Source: Eledone cirrhosa
Taxonomy: Eukaryota
DNA: 64,000 bases
NCBI GenBank assembly: GCA_964016885.1
Contig: OZ024746.1
Coordinates: forward strand, 44,330,001 to 44,394,000
Direction: 5' to 3'
Shown: piece after piece, positions 1-12,331 of the stretch
Position numbering within the stretch: position 1 is the stretch's first letter
Layout: the number at the start of each line of letters is the position of its first letter
Made by a program: the position numbers and the translations under genes
Notes under the pieces: generated by a model
Databases searched by the model: none
Told to the model about the DNA's origin: nothing
The model's input: the letters and a program-made list of their open reading frames with translations, nothing else

Positions 1-128
1 TTACGTTCTGGGTTCAAATTTCGCCGAGGTTAGCTTTGCCTTTCATCCTTACGGGGTCGATAAAATAAAGCACCAGTAATGCACTGGGTTAATTGCTGAC
101 CTCATGCCAAACGTAGAAACAATTATTA
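1..128 (+). mobile_element. tRNA-derived SINE (family A), 5' part cut by window edge
   Basis: B-box-like GGTTCAAAT, core CTTTGCCTTTCATCCTTACGGGGTCGATAAAATAAAG and tail GAAACAATTATT; matches more than 10 other copies in the window. Confidence 0.85.
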
Positions 129-837
129 GACAGGAGATGATGCCTGTACAGATGTTCGAATTAGAAAAGGATTTCAGTCTGGGATGTGAAATTTATTAAT
201 TTTATTGATATAATTTAATATATAAAGTATTCAAAGTATATTTAGAGTCGTGTTCCGTGGATTAAAATTAACATTTGATATAACATCACTCTCGCCCACA
301 CACACGTACTAACACGTGTTGATGAACAAATTAGAGGGGTAGAGAGAAGGCGAAGCAATGCTGAATATATATATATATATGTCGTAGTATTTATTCCATA
401 CTTTGAAGCTGATTATTCACGCTATAACTACTAAACGATTGTCGATACGCAACGACTGTCGCAGTCTGTCTGTGCCTAGATATATAACATATACACAAAT
501 GCGTAAATATTCTCGTTATACATACATTTAGTATTTTTTGTGCGTGTATTCTATCTGCCACGTAGCTTTTTCTTTATGTTGTTTGAAACTTTTACATTGT
601 TCAATTGTCAGTCCCTTCTTCTACCATATCTCTCTCACTCTCTCTCTCTCTATATATATATATACACACGTTTTACTAAGGTTAAATAGTGATTGCCTGT
701 TTATCAGTGTCATGTCATCAGCCTGAAAAACAGGCGAAATTCCAGAGTAACAAAACTCTTTGTTTAGCCTTAATGGCATGAGTATTTAAAAATTCCTTCG
801 GTATTTAGTACTTTTTTCTCTCAACTGTCAACCAAAT

Positions 838-977
<140 letters not shown>

Positions 978-1299
978 TTTGAACAATGCAAATAAAATAA
1001 AAGTCGAAGATAGGTTCTTAATTATTTCATTGTTTTACGATCGCTCCAGAGGAGGACGGTGACATGGATCTAGGATATCGAAACAAGAAATAGTTGGTGA
1101 GATAACCACTATCAATTAGTCAATATATCGATTTACCAAGATCAATCAACTCTCTGACACACACACACACACATTATACACTCCCCACCCCACATGTATG
1201 TAATAGAAAACAACCGATGTTGCCATCCATTAATATTTCGGGTTTCTGGTCACGTCGTGTTGTTCAGGAACTATTGAAATTCAGCTTTTATTTGCATGA

Positions 1300-3050
1300 A
1301 AGACTCACCTGGTAAATTCTACAACTCATCACTGTATATAAAGGTATATATCTCCTTCATATTTAGTCCACGTATTTGCCGTGATAGTCTGTGCTGTTAT
1401 AATAAATATGTATTTTGTAAATATTGCCCTGAAAGGTACGTCTAACATTTAAAATGGAATGCCAATTTCTTTCTGAGTTATTTGCAGACAAGTGGCCATC
1501 AGCTAATATTGGAACAATTACATTGCACTTGCTCTAATAATGAAAAACAGTTGTAGATTCCTCTGCTTATATCGGAAGTAAAATATTTGATGTGGTTAGT
1601 ATTAACATTTTTCTTGTTAAATAATTTATGGTACCTATAGAGAAACGTACATTTCTGATATGATTAAAAAGGCTTATGTGATAGTGGCTGACACATACAG
1701 GATGTAAGAAAGATTAAATCATATGTCGTTTTGATTGCGCAGCTTTTTCAGTTTCCGTCTAAAAATCGCTCTGCTTCACGGCTGAACGTGATGAATATTC
1801 TTTAATTGCAGTATAAGCACTGCGATGTACGCAGTCTTCCATTTTCCTGCCTTTTGTACATCTATATATTATTCTGTTTCTATATATTATTAGACTTTCC
1901 ATTGTACAGAGACAAAAGCTGGACAAAATTATTAGATCTATCTCCAATTCTTTTGAGAGTCTGTGTTCGGTGTGCTTAATTATTTGCTGCCTAAATTCCT
2001 TCTTTAAATTTCCGTATTTCTCTTGCTGGTGGTGTTGCATTCATTTCTATATTAACTTAATAACATTTTAGGTGAAACCGTTGGTCTTGGAGTCGAAGAG
2101 TTTCTTTCTAAAGAATCATTGATTTTTTTTATACCGATGGTATTTAGCGAAGCTCTCTTGTTTCGATAATTTTGTTATTTTGAATATTTTGTATTTCTTA
2201 TATTATTTTTCGATAATATTTGACTCCTCTTTCTTTCCATAAGTTGTGTCGATTTCTTATTGATTTTATTGAAGCCTGAGAAGGTCAATCTCATGATTTC
2301 GAACATTTTCTGTTTTGATGTTGTTTGTTTGGATATCGGTATATCTATTTGATTAATTCTGAAATGTACACACCTTCGTTTATAACTGCAGTGGCTACTG
2401 AATATATTATTTCATTTGGTCTTGAGATGCTGATGCTTGTGTCAGCTTTAAGTCTGTGATGTTCGGCTTCGTATTATGTATTGTTTCTGTTCTATCTTTT
2501 AGATTTAACAATTTTGTATATTATTGTTGGTCTCCGAATCTGAAATTATTTCCACCTTTTGATTGCTATGGTCATGAATTCTGATTTTGGTAGACCCTAT
2601 TCGTAAATCTTGCTAATATTCCTTTTTATTTATTTCGTGTTCGTTTGTTCGATTTTATCGGGCAATATTTCGTATGTGCTCTATAATTTGAGTTTGTCGT
2701 GTTTTGTCATTTACATAATTTAAATTGCACGTGCCAGTCGAATCTTCGAAGATGTACATTCTGAATATTTTTAGATAGTTTTAGGTGTTTGATATTTGTT
2801 ACTCGTGTTTTCGTGATGTAGCTTTTTTTAAACATTATCTCAATATTGTTTGTTCCGTTTTGTTTTGTTCGTATTTAAAAGGTCGCATTATTTTGTTTCG
2901 TTTGTCTCCTGTTTCCATGCTTATGTACACTATATAAACATTAACTTGTATATGCAATAGGTTTCGCACCTACTGTGTCATTCTATTTGTATTTGTCGTC
3001 CGTCACGTAATTCCTTAGGCTGCCTTCATTTTACGCACGTGTTGAATGCT
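1300..3050 (-). pseudogene. Highly degraded Penelope-like element (N-terminal/RT remnant)
   Basis: Minus-strand fragments HTEHRLSKELEIDLIILSSFC (resembles PLE N-terminal NLS..LS..E..LL..GL.F) and LDVPFRAI (resembles P.RPI); strong strand bias. Confidence 0.35.
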
Positions 3051-3263
3051 GTCTCACCAAAATATTTTTTGTGAAAGGCACACACCATACATAATATTTC
3101 AGTTTTATATGTTGGTCACCCTTTAAAATCTGTTTACTTTAATTTTCTTTTTAAATTAATTCTTATTTTTTAAATTTATTATAGGCATTACAGAAAGCTA
3201 TGTTAACACATATCTATTATCGTTATCACTACTACTACTAGTAGTAGTAGTAGTAGTAGCAGT

Positions 3264-3770
3264 AGGGCGGTGGATTAGCAGTGTCGTTAGAGCTTTATGG
3301 CATAGGGTTATGGCTCTTTACGACATGAGATCAAGTCCTGCCGTGGTTAACTTTGCCTTTCATCCTTATGGGGATAAAGTACCTATAGGCACTGGAGTCG
3401 ATTTAATCGACTTTCCCCTCTCCTTCAAATTGCTGGCCTTGTGCTTAAATCAGAAACCATTAAAATCCCGCCAAGGTTAACTTTGTCTTTCATCCTTACG
3501 GGGTCGATAAAATAAAGTACCAGTAATGCACTGGTTAATTGCTGGCCTTGTGCCTAACGTAGAAACAATTATTACTACTATTACTCATATAGCTATGGCC
3601 TTTTACGTTCTGAATTCAAATCCCGCGGAGGTTAACTTTGCCATTCATCCTTACGGGGTCGATAAAATAAAGTACCAGTCACGCACTGGGGTCAATTCAA
3701 TCGAATCCCCCCCCGCCCCTAAAATGGCTGGCCTTCTGCCTATATACGAAACCATTATTATTATTATTAT
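3264..3770 (+). mobile_element. Three stacked family-A SINE copies (one near full length, two 5'-truncated)
   Basis: Head GGGCGGTGGATTAGCAG, repeated core CTTTCATCCTTACGGGGTCGATAAAATAAAGTACCAG, ATT tails. Confidence 0.85.
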
Positions 3771-4025
3771 TGTTGGTGAAGCCACGCTTCTTATCACCTC
3801 CAGTAAAGACTGGAGGCGATAAGAAGCGTGGCTTCACCAACAATTCACCAACGTTTTACCTCTTTTTCAACCGTTCTAAACCTTTTATTCAAGTTTTAAA
3901 TTTGTTAAAAGTTTAGAAGAAGTGACCCACCTAATACAGGGGTTCACTAGTAAATAATACGGCACCCCTTTACGGGGTGTCGTATTCGTATTTGTGTAAA
4001 CATTTTTTTTTTTTTAAATGTCAAC

Positions 4026-5522
4026 ATGGATAACACAAAAAAGAGAGAGAGCGCTGTCAGACAACACAGAGAGAAGGAGACTTTATCAGCATGTCAACAA
4101 GACAGCGTTCCAGCGGAGGTAAATATAAACGAAAATATTCCAAAGGAAAAAAAGATTGTTACAGATTTAAAATTACCAAATATTTCTAACACAAACAACA
4201 CCAACAATAACACCAACAACATCACCAACAACAACACCAAAAATAACAGCGGTAAAGTCGAGAACGACAATAACAAAAATAACAGCGGTAAGGTCGAGAA
4301 CGACAATAACAAAAATAACAGCGGTAAGGTCGAGAACGACAATAACAATGACAATAACAACAGCCGCAACAACAATAATAGTAGGAACAGTATCAACAAA
4401 AACAACAATAATAACAACAGCCACAATAACAGTAACAGCAGCAACAGTATCAACGAAAACAACACCAAAAACTGTACCAGCGAAAAGAACAACAATGACA
4501 CCGATACCTGTAATAGCGACCTCAGCACCATCAGTAAGACCAGTAGCGGCAGCAATAGTGGTGTGGCTGAAAAAGGGACCACTTCTTTTGCAGGTGTCGC
4601 CCGAAATATCGAGACAGTGTTAGTCACAGAGGAGGAGATGGCAGTCGCAAGGGCCATGGTGACAAGAAGCGCAAATAGAGTTTCCCTGAAACCTCCACCC
4701 GATTGTTTCAAGGACCAGCAGCTACGGACGGTGACTTACCGCACCGTAAGCAGAATCTCACATCGAGTGGAGAGAGCCACGGAGGCTCAAATCCAAAAGG
4801 CCTTGGGGTGCGTCTGGGAACGCAGAAAGTACGCCACAGTAGACGTACTTTTCGCCACCCCCCAGGAAGCAAAGTCTCACTCTTTGGAAACCCTAAAGAG
4901 TGAGGAGTTAGTCTTGGTGCCCTCCTACTGCGGGCAAAAAATTGTGAAGGTCAAAGTGACCCAGGTCCCACCGGTCCTTGCTGGAATTGAGAACAGGGCG
5001 ACCATGCTGCAAGTAGAAAAAATAGGGAGAGAGAACTGGTCAGGTATAGGCATGCAAATGCTTATACAAACTGACCAAGAATGTATCAAGGCTATCCCCG
5101 ATATCATGGACTTCGAGGAAGGATTCCAACTCCCTATAAGTGTAGAAGGAAGACGGCCAAAATGTTATCTCTGTGGGTCGAAAGGTCACCTTAGGGCCTT
5201 TTGCCCGCAGAAGACACCGAAGGGGGCCACTCTCCTTCCAATACCTGGTCCGCTGCTACCAAGAGCAGGACAGGCAACAAACGAAGAAGCCCCTTCCACA
5301 GTGAGTAGGAGGGAAACGTCCGTAGCACCCGTACCAAGGCCACGGATAACTAAAGCAGCATCATCAGTAGCGGCAACACCAATAGCTACATTTGAAATAG
5401 CTACACCAGCAACAAAATTGCCGAAGAGGGCTCCACTGCCACTACCAACAGCTGTAGAGCACATACCCCTCCCAGACGCAACAGAATCATCCGACATGGA
5501 GTTTGAGGCGGGAGTGACGTAG
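4026..5522 (+). CDS. Tx1 ORF1 (gag-like; Asn-rich N-terminus, zinc knuckle), probably prematurely stopped
   Basis: CYLCGSKGHLRAFC knuckle; homologous to ORF1 of copy B; Lys/Thr-rich coding-like sequence continues to about 6000. Confidence 0.8.
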   Translation: MDNTKKRESAVRQHREKETLSACQQDSVPAEVNINENIPKEKKIVTDLKLPNISNTNNTNNNTNNITNNNTKNNSGKVENDNNKNNSGKVENDNNKNNSGKVENDNNNDNNNSRNNNNSRNSINKNNNNNNSHNNSNSSNSINENNTKNCTSEKNNNDTDTCNSDLSTISKTSSGSNSGVAEKGTTSFAGVARNIETVLVTEEEMAVARAMVTRSANRVSLKPPPDCFKDQQLRTVTYRTVSRISHRVERATEAQIQKALGCVWERRKYATVDVLFATPQEAKSHSLETLKSEELVLVPSYCGQKIVKVKVTQVPPVLAGIENRATMLQVEKIGRENWSGIGMQMLIQTDQECIKAIPDIMDFEEGFQLPISVEGRRPKCYLCGSKGHLRAFCPQKTPKGATLLPIPGPLLPRAGQATNEEAPSTVSRRETSVAPVPRPRITKAASSVAATPIATFEIATPATKLPKRAPLPLPTAVEHIPLPDATESSDMEFEAGVT

Positions 5523-6034
5523 CAAACAGTCTGCCACAAAAAAAGAAAAAAGAAAAAAACCCTTAGATTCACCCTCCAAAAGCGAAGGCATACAAAGAGG
5601 GGTAAAGGCAGCAAGGAAACTTGCAGCAACACCACCACAAACACCAACAACGCAAACACAACAAGACACACACACCAAACAGCAACAATAAGAAAACGGC
5701 AACAATATCACCCCTCCCCCCAAAAAGTACACAGCCATAAACATAGCAAAACAAGAACTCATAAAATATATAAAGCAGCACACAGACATCACGGAAAAAA
5801 ACTACTACACCCCACCAACACCAAGAACTCTCCCGACAAACATAAGCATCATCGAAATCTCAATAGAACAGTACAAACCTTTAAAACAAAAATTCCCCAA
5901 CGCAGTTGGAGACTTCAGAGGGACGGTTACCAAGAGGATATACACTGACATCCTCTTGGAAACGGTTCTACTGTCCCTTCACCACACGAACAAGGTAAGT
6001 GACCCTTTCTCAATTGCCCCGTTTCTCATCCAAC

Positions 6035-9000
6035 ATGGCTGTACTCAGAATAGGCAGTATAAATGCACGTGGCCTGGGGTCATCTTGGAAGCAGGGTCAC
6101 CTGCTCAATGACCTCAGGTCACTAAACATAGATGTGGTGGCCATCAGTGAAACCAGAATCTCCGAGGCACGGGCCTTCGCACCGATCTTCGGCGGCTACG
6201 ATGTATACGCATCTCCCAGCCGTCCAGGATCGGGGGGAGAGGTTGCCGTCCTTTTTCGGAGAGGCTTGGATCTCGCGAAACGGGCCATCTTCCTGGACCC
6301 AGAAGGTAAGTCGGTGGTGCTGGACGTGACCGGCAGCGAAGGCAATGCTTTCAGGCTAGTAGCCGTCTACGCCCCAACAGGGGCAGGACGGCCAGATTTC
6401 TTCAGACGTCTAGAGACCTTTCTTGGAATGTCAAGCTCTTTAGTGTTAGTGGGCGACTGGAACGATATCTTGGATGCACGCTGGGATCGTGTGGGGCTAG
6501 TGGATAGGGGAGGAGGGTGTAAGAGCCTCACCAACCTGCTCAGACGTTTTGAACTGTCTGACAGGTATCGACTGGATCACCCCAATGTGGACATGGACAA
6601 ACCGCATCGGGTCATCCAGATCGTATCTAGATAGGGTATTCTGCAGGGAACTAGATAAGGCTAGTATAAGTTGTCCACAATTTAAAAGAGTCGACTACAC
6701 AGACCACAAATTTGTGATCTGTGAGATAGACATAGACAGACTTCATAGACAAGGGCCTGGTTACTGGAAGGTGAACGCGTCCTTCTCGGCGCGCAAGGCC
6801 TACAGAGACCTGATTAGCGTATTAGTTAAGCAGGCGTTGACGGGAGCGGTCGTCAACAACAGGTGGTGGTTCGCCCTGAAAAGGGCAATTAAAGTAGAGT
6901 CGATTAGGTTTAGCAAAGGAGTAGTGATAGAGGAAAATAGAGTAGAGGGAGAGCTAGTCAGAAAGCTAGAAGAGGCGTTTAGGACAGGCATCGGAACCGA
7001 CGTGCTTGCGGCGAGATTGGCATTCGACCAATTCTTCAACGCAAAACACGAAGGTTCCGCTGTCAGAGCTAGAGCGCGTGCTCTGAAACACGAGGGGACA
7101 AAAGCCGTCCAATGGACCCGGGTGGCAGAGGCGCGACGTGGCAACAAAGCCACAATTCAGTCTTTGCCTGACCAAAACGGGTGCGTGATGCTCGAACCCG
7201 AGCAGATGCGTGAATCTTTTCAGCAGCTCTTTGCTAAACTGTTCGGGAGCGGCGGCGGCCCGGATCGGGGCATGGACTTCAGTGCATACCTCGACGGACT
7301 GCCTCGGCTCTCGACGACCGCAGCACAGTGTTGCGAAAAGCCAATAACAGCTGGTGAAATACGGGAAGCGATGGCTAACTGCACAAGAGGTAAATCGCCA
7401 GGTTTAGATGGTCTGCCCTACGAGCTTTATGCATTTATGCCAGACTTGTTCGGTGACCTCTTGGCAGATGTCTACTGCAACTGGCAGCAGAACGGGAGCA
7501 TTCCCAGTTTTGTGAGCCGGGGAGCAGTGGCGCTGCTGAGAAAAGACCCGAACAAGGGGGATGTTATTGATAATTTCAGGCCCATAACCCTGCTAAACGC
7601 AGAGTTCAAGATTTTGGCCAAGGTGTTATCAACGAGGTTGGCGCTTGTCGTCAAGGGTCTGGTGGGAGAGGCGCAGACATGCGCCATTCCGGACAGATCC
7701 ATACACGACAACCTCCACCTCACACGATACATCATAGAGAGGGTGGTTAAGGAACCTGGCAAGGGTGGGGCCCTGATCAACTTGGATCAATCCAAAGCAT
7801 TCGATAGGGTCGACCATCGGTACCTGGCGGCGGTCCCCGAGGCAGCCGGTTTCGGGCCCGTTTTCAGGCGTTGGATCGCAGCAATGTACAGCGAGATCTG
7901 CTCAGTTGTGAGAGTGAAAGGTCACCTGTCGCAGCCGTTCAGCATCATGCGCTCAGTCTGCCAGGGTTGTCCCCTCTCGTCCCTCTTGTACGTATTGGCT
8001 TTCGAGCCGTTACTGCACAAACTGGGGGCGATGAGGGGCGTCCCACGCGAACTAGGATGCGGGAAATCCGAGTCGGCTTACGCTGACGACGTCACCGTAG
8101 TGGTGTCGAGCACCAGGCACGTCCAGATGCTCGGCACCGCTCTCAAGGAATACGAAGCGGTGACAGGAGCAAAGATAAACTAGGAAATGTCGGTGGGATT
8201 GCAGCTAGGCACCTGGAGAGGCAAGTCCATGCCGTCTGACAGCGTCGTGGGGCGTTGGATGGACGGACCGGTTAAATTGCTCGGGGTCTGGTTCGGACCA
8301 GACCTCCAGATGGAGAAAAACTGGAACGAGGTGACGAGCAGGATGGCCTCCCTCACCCAGAAATGGGCTGAGAGGAAGCTGTCCCTGAAAGGCCAGGCGG
8401 AAGTGGCCAATGCGTACATCGCATCCGTCATCTGCTACTGCCTCACCGTCGTCCCTTGCTCCAGCCCAACTCTCACCAAAATGGAGCGCCTCCTCTTCCG
8501 CTTTTTGTGGAAGGGACGCGCTCCCATAGTCAGACGATCCATCTGCTGTCAACACCCGTTGCGTGGAGGACTGGGCATGCCATGGCTGATGATGCGCAAA
8601 CATGCGCTGAGGCTGCGACATCTCTTGTGCTTCCTTGATGGTGAACGGGTGTGGTCGCGGTTCGCCAGGCACATTTTCCCACAGCTTGTCTCCTTGACGG
8701 AGCTGCAGTCCTGGGTCAGAAAAAACTGAGGGAAAGCGCTTGGAAACTGGAATGTCTCCAGGCGCTCACTGCCTTCTCCCAGTTGGGCACCGGTATCGGT
8801 GGAACATCCACCTCGGCGTTCTATAGAGGACTAGTGGAGGGGAAGAGCGACGACATTCTCAGAGAGATCCTGGGCGTCGAAGAAGATCAGCTGTTTGCTC
8901 TCTTCCGGAGAACTTTCAGCCCGGGGCCTATGGATAACTTCCAAAAATCCCTGGCCTGGCAGTGCTACTGGGGAGCGCTGCCGGTTCGAGATAAGCTCTA

Positions 9001-9424
9001 CAGGCACGGAAGTGCCGTCAGCCGAGCCTGTCCGAGATGCGCGCATAGCGACGAAACCGTTGTGCACGCACTCGTTCAGTGCGCGAGCATTGCTGACTTG
9101 TGGAGCTATGTCGAACAGTTGCTGTCGCGTGTGGGACTGATCCAGTTGTCGACGGAGTCCATTGTGCAGATGGTCTCGTCGTTTTCCTTCGAGGAGGAAG
9201 GACAGGCGGTTTTCATCTGCCTGGTGGCCATGGCGAAAGAGATCGTGTGGTGGACAAAGTTAAAAGGATTAAAGACAAACACTTTCCTCTTCGGCGAATC
9301 CCTAATTAACTTTTTCAAGTTTCACTTGAAGAGGAAAATCAGGGTGGAGAGGCAAGTGCTGCTTTCTAGCAAGTTTGTTGAAAGGTGGGTGAATGTAGCG
9401 AGAATGGTCCGAATGAACGTCTGA
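6035..9424 (+). pseudogene. Tx1 ORF2 (AP endonuclease + reverse transcriptase), disrupted
   Basis: SINARGL, SET, VYAP, GDWN, YLDR, TDH (APE); KSPGLDG, FRPITLLN, DQSKAFDRV, QGCPLS, YADD (RT); CPRC..ETVVHALVQC; frameshifts near 6590 and 8725, stop at 8181. Confidence 0.92.
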
Positions 9425-9730
9425 ATATACGTCTGTAGTTTGAGAGATGGAAAAATTGAGAGAGGGCGCTTGCCCTGGTAGTCAGGGTGGCCGTGGTCTT
9501 TTGTGTGGTTTTTGCCACGAGTAACCCTCGGAGGTTTCCCCCTATTGGGGAATTTTTCATTGTTTCAATTTTCATTTTATTGTTTATATATATATATGTT
9601 TTATGTCTTTTTTTCTTTTCTTATATAAATAATAAAAATATTTACACGCACAAAACCCACATCGTACCGTCTTGTTCCGTCTGTGATGTTTTTCTTGATG
9701 TCAGCCCTTGTGGCCAATAAAGAAATCATT

Positions 9731-10113
9731 AGGATCGGACGCCAAGCTTTCCAGCATAGTTACGTCCTTTTACGATCTGAGTTCAAATCCGCCGAGGTTG
9801 ACTTTGCCTTTCATCCTTACGGGGTCGATAAAATAAAGTACCAGTAATGCACTGGATAATTGATGGCTTTGTGCCTAACGTAGAAACAATTATTATTATT
9901 ATTATTGGGTGGTGGATTGGCAGTATCGGTAGAGGGTCGGACGCCATGCTTTCCAGCATAGTTACGTCCCTTTACGATCTGAGTTCAAATCCCGCCGAGG
10001 TTGACTTTGCCTTTCATCCTTACGGGGTCGATAAAATAAAGTTCCAGTAATGCACTGGGTAATTGCTGGCCTTGTGCCTAAAGTAGAAACAATTATTATT
10101 ATTATTATTATTA
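9731..10113 (+). mobile_element. Two tandem family-A SINEs between the Tx1 copies
   Basis: Near-identical copies (about 9731-9905 and 9906-10113), each ending in (ATT)n. Confidence 0.9.
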
Positions 10114-10340
10114 TGGCCGCACATGTGTGAAGACAGACAAGTCTGCGGGGGAAAAGGTTCGTAGCTTTAAGCTGTTTTAAAGTGTCTTTTTTTTGTATTT
10201 TCTTGTCATTAACGAAACTTAAGGTACACATCTTGCTTTAAAGAAAGGGATACCTCTCAATATTCGGGCTTTAAGCCCGAATATTCAGATTTATTTTTTA
10301 AGAACTTCGAAAAAAATCGCTTCCCCACCAAAAGAAAATT

Positions 10341-12322
10341 ATGGAAATTTTCGACCTTGAAACGGTAAACAACGTTCAGGTCAAAAGTTTAAAGGCAGCC
10401 ACTGCAGATTTCACCACGACTACGACGGCTACAGTCATGCCTGTCATCCACTCTACTGAATGTGAAGGCAAAATTAAAAATCTACCATCACAACCTTCTG
10501 CCATAGCAGCAGTATCATCTGAAAACGACATCACCACCACCGCCACCACCACCACCACCACCACCACAACAACAACTCAGAGCAATAACGACAATAACAC
10601 CGATAGCTTCAATGTAAACAAGGATGGCGGTGGCAACAGCAAGAATGACAACAACAACAATAAGAGCATCAGAAACACCACATTTGCTGCAGCAGCAGCA
10701 AAAACAAAGCGCTTATTGAATATTGATATTGATATTAGCGATAAAGACGAACAGTTGGCCAAAGCGTGGAGGCTAACTAAACGGGAGAAGTCCTGTGCAA
10801 ACCTGACCATCCCGGACGAGGCAATAGCGGCCATGCAAAGGAGGACGGTGCTCTTTCGATGTATTTCGGTGCAGACACGAAAAGTGGAACTTGCGAGCCA
10901 AGCAGAGGTAGAGGCTGCTTTGCAGTACATCGGAAGTAACATAGAGTACAAAGCAATAGGCAAACAGTTCAGTACCATCTCGGTACTGTTCAAAACCGAG
11001 GCCCTCGCTATTAAGCACTCGGTGACCCCCTGCAGAACGGAACGCATTATCATGCATCCGTCCTATATGGGTAAAAGGACAGTGAAGGTACGCATTCCCA
11101 GCATCCCACCAGGAATGAACATATGGTGGCTGCTTGGATGCGTAATCGAGGAGGGGACAGACACCACCCTCCTGGACATCAAAAGGACAGAGAGAGAGGA
11201 CTGGTCCTGAATGGATTTGGAGATTCTTCTCCAAATGAAACCGGAGGATATGAATAACATCCCAGATTTTGCCCGCCTGCAGGACGGGACAACAATCCAA
11301 CTAATGATTGACGGAAGAAGGCCACGCTGCTTCGTTTGCGGGGAAGCAACGCATCTTCAAGCCTTCTGCCCTCAGCGCAAACATGCAGGGGGTCGCAAAC
11401 CTCCTTTGTTGCCAACGCCAGTGTCAGCACGGAAAGCTGCACCACCACCACCACCAAAAACAACATCAACAAAAACACGGACACCAACATCAAAAGCAGC
11501 CGGATCACCACCAACACCAAAACCAATCCAAGGAGAAAACGAGGAAAGCTCTCCCACTCCTCCTACCCCCCCCCCACCCAATTATACACATAGACAAAAA
11601 AAAAATAAACGCACACACAGACACAGAGACACTCACAGACAGAGACCCTTTGTCTTCCAGCAGCGAAGATGAAGGAAAACCCAAAAGTGCAAAAAAACAG
11701 AGAAAACTCACAAAAAAAGCCCCAACAAAACACAAAAACACACACAACAAAAAATACAGACACCACTAACGCAAAGACTTCCCCAATAACATCAGCACCA
11801 TCAGCAACATCGACACCACCTCCACAATCCCCGAAACGCAAACAACCTAAACAAACACAAGTACAAATAAACACACAAATACCTGAAATTGCAGACACCA
11901 CACCTACAACAAACATAGACATACCCGAAACAACACCACCAAAACCATCGCCACCACCTTCACCAAAACGAAAACAAATAAAACCACACCAACAAAATGT
12001 TAAAAACTTCGTGCTTGTCAGAAGGGCCAACGATAAACTGATGGCCCTCTTAGCGTGAAGCGAGGATATTCAAACAGAGGGGGAGATTTTTGAAATGAGC
12101 ACATTTTGAGTGCCAGAAGATTTGCTTCTGGTCCGAATGTCACTCAATTCCTTCAAAGAAATTCGAGAGAGCTTTCCTCAAGACGTGGGAAACCCGAATG
12201 TGAAACCCACATCAAGACTTTTAAAGGGGTTCCCAAAAGAAACCCCACCAACCATGGAGGTCGAAACACCAGACCTTCACAAGACCCGGGAGGTAAGTAA
12301 ACCTTCCCTCTCTCTCTCTTAG
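10341..12322 (+). pseudogene. Tx1 ORF1, disrupted
   Basis: Stop at 11208 and later frameshifts; CFVCGEATHLQAFC knuckle; Thr/Asn- and Pro-rich tracts. Confidence 0.75.
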
Positions 12323-12331
12323 CTTACCAAT

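Larger units (their letters stand above)
3771..9730 (+). mobile_element. Tx1 (L1-clade) non-LTR retrotransposon, copy A, decayed
   Basis: ORF1 with CCHC knuckle, ORF2 with APE, RT and C-terminal Cys motif; 3' end AATAAAGAAATCATT; begins after a SINE (ATT)n tail. Confidence 0.9.

Noticed and set aside
4094-5792. Leu/Val-rich antisense ORFs resembling membrane proteins
   Set aside because: They are shadows of the AAC/ACA-rich Tx1 ORF1
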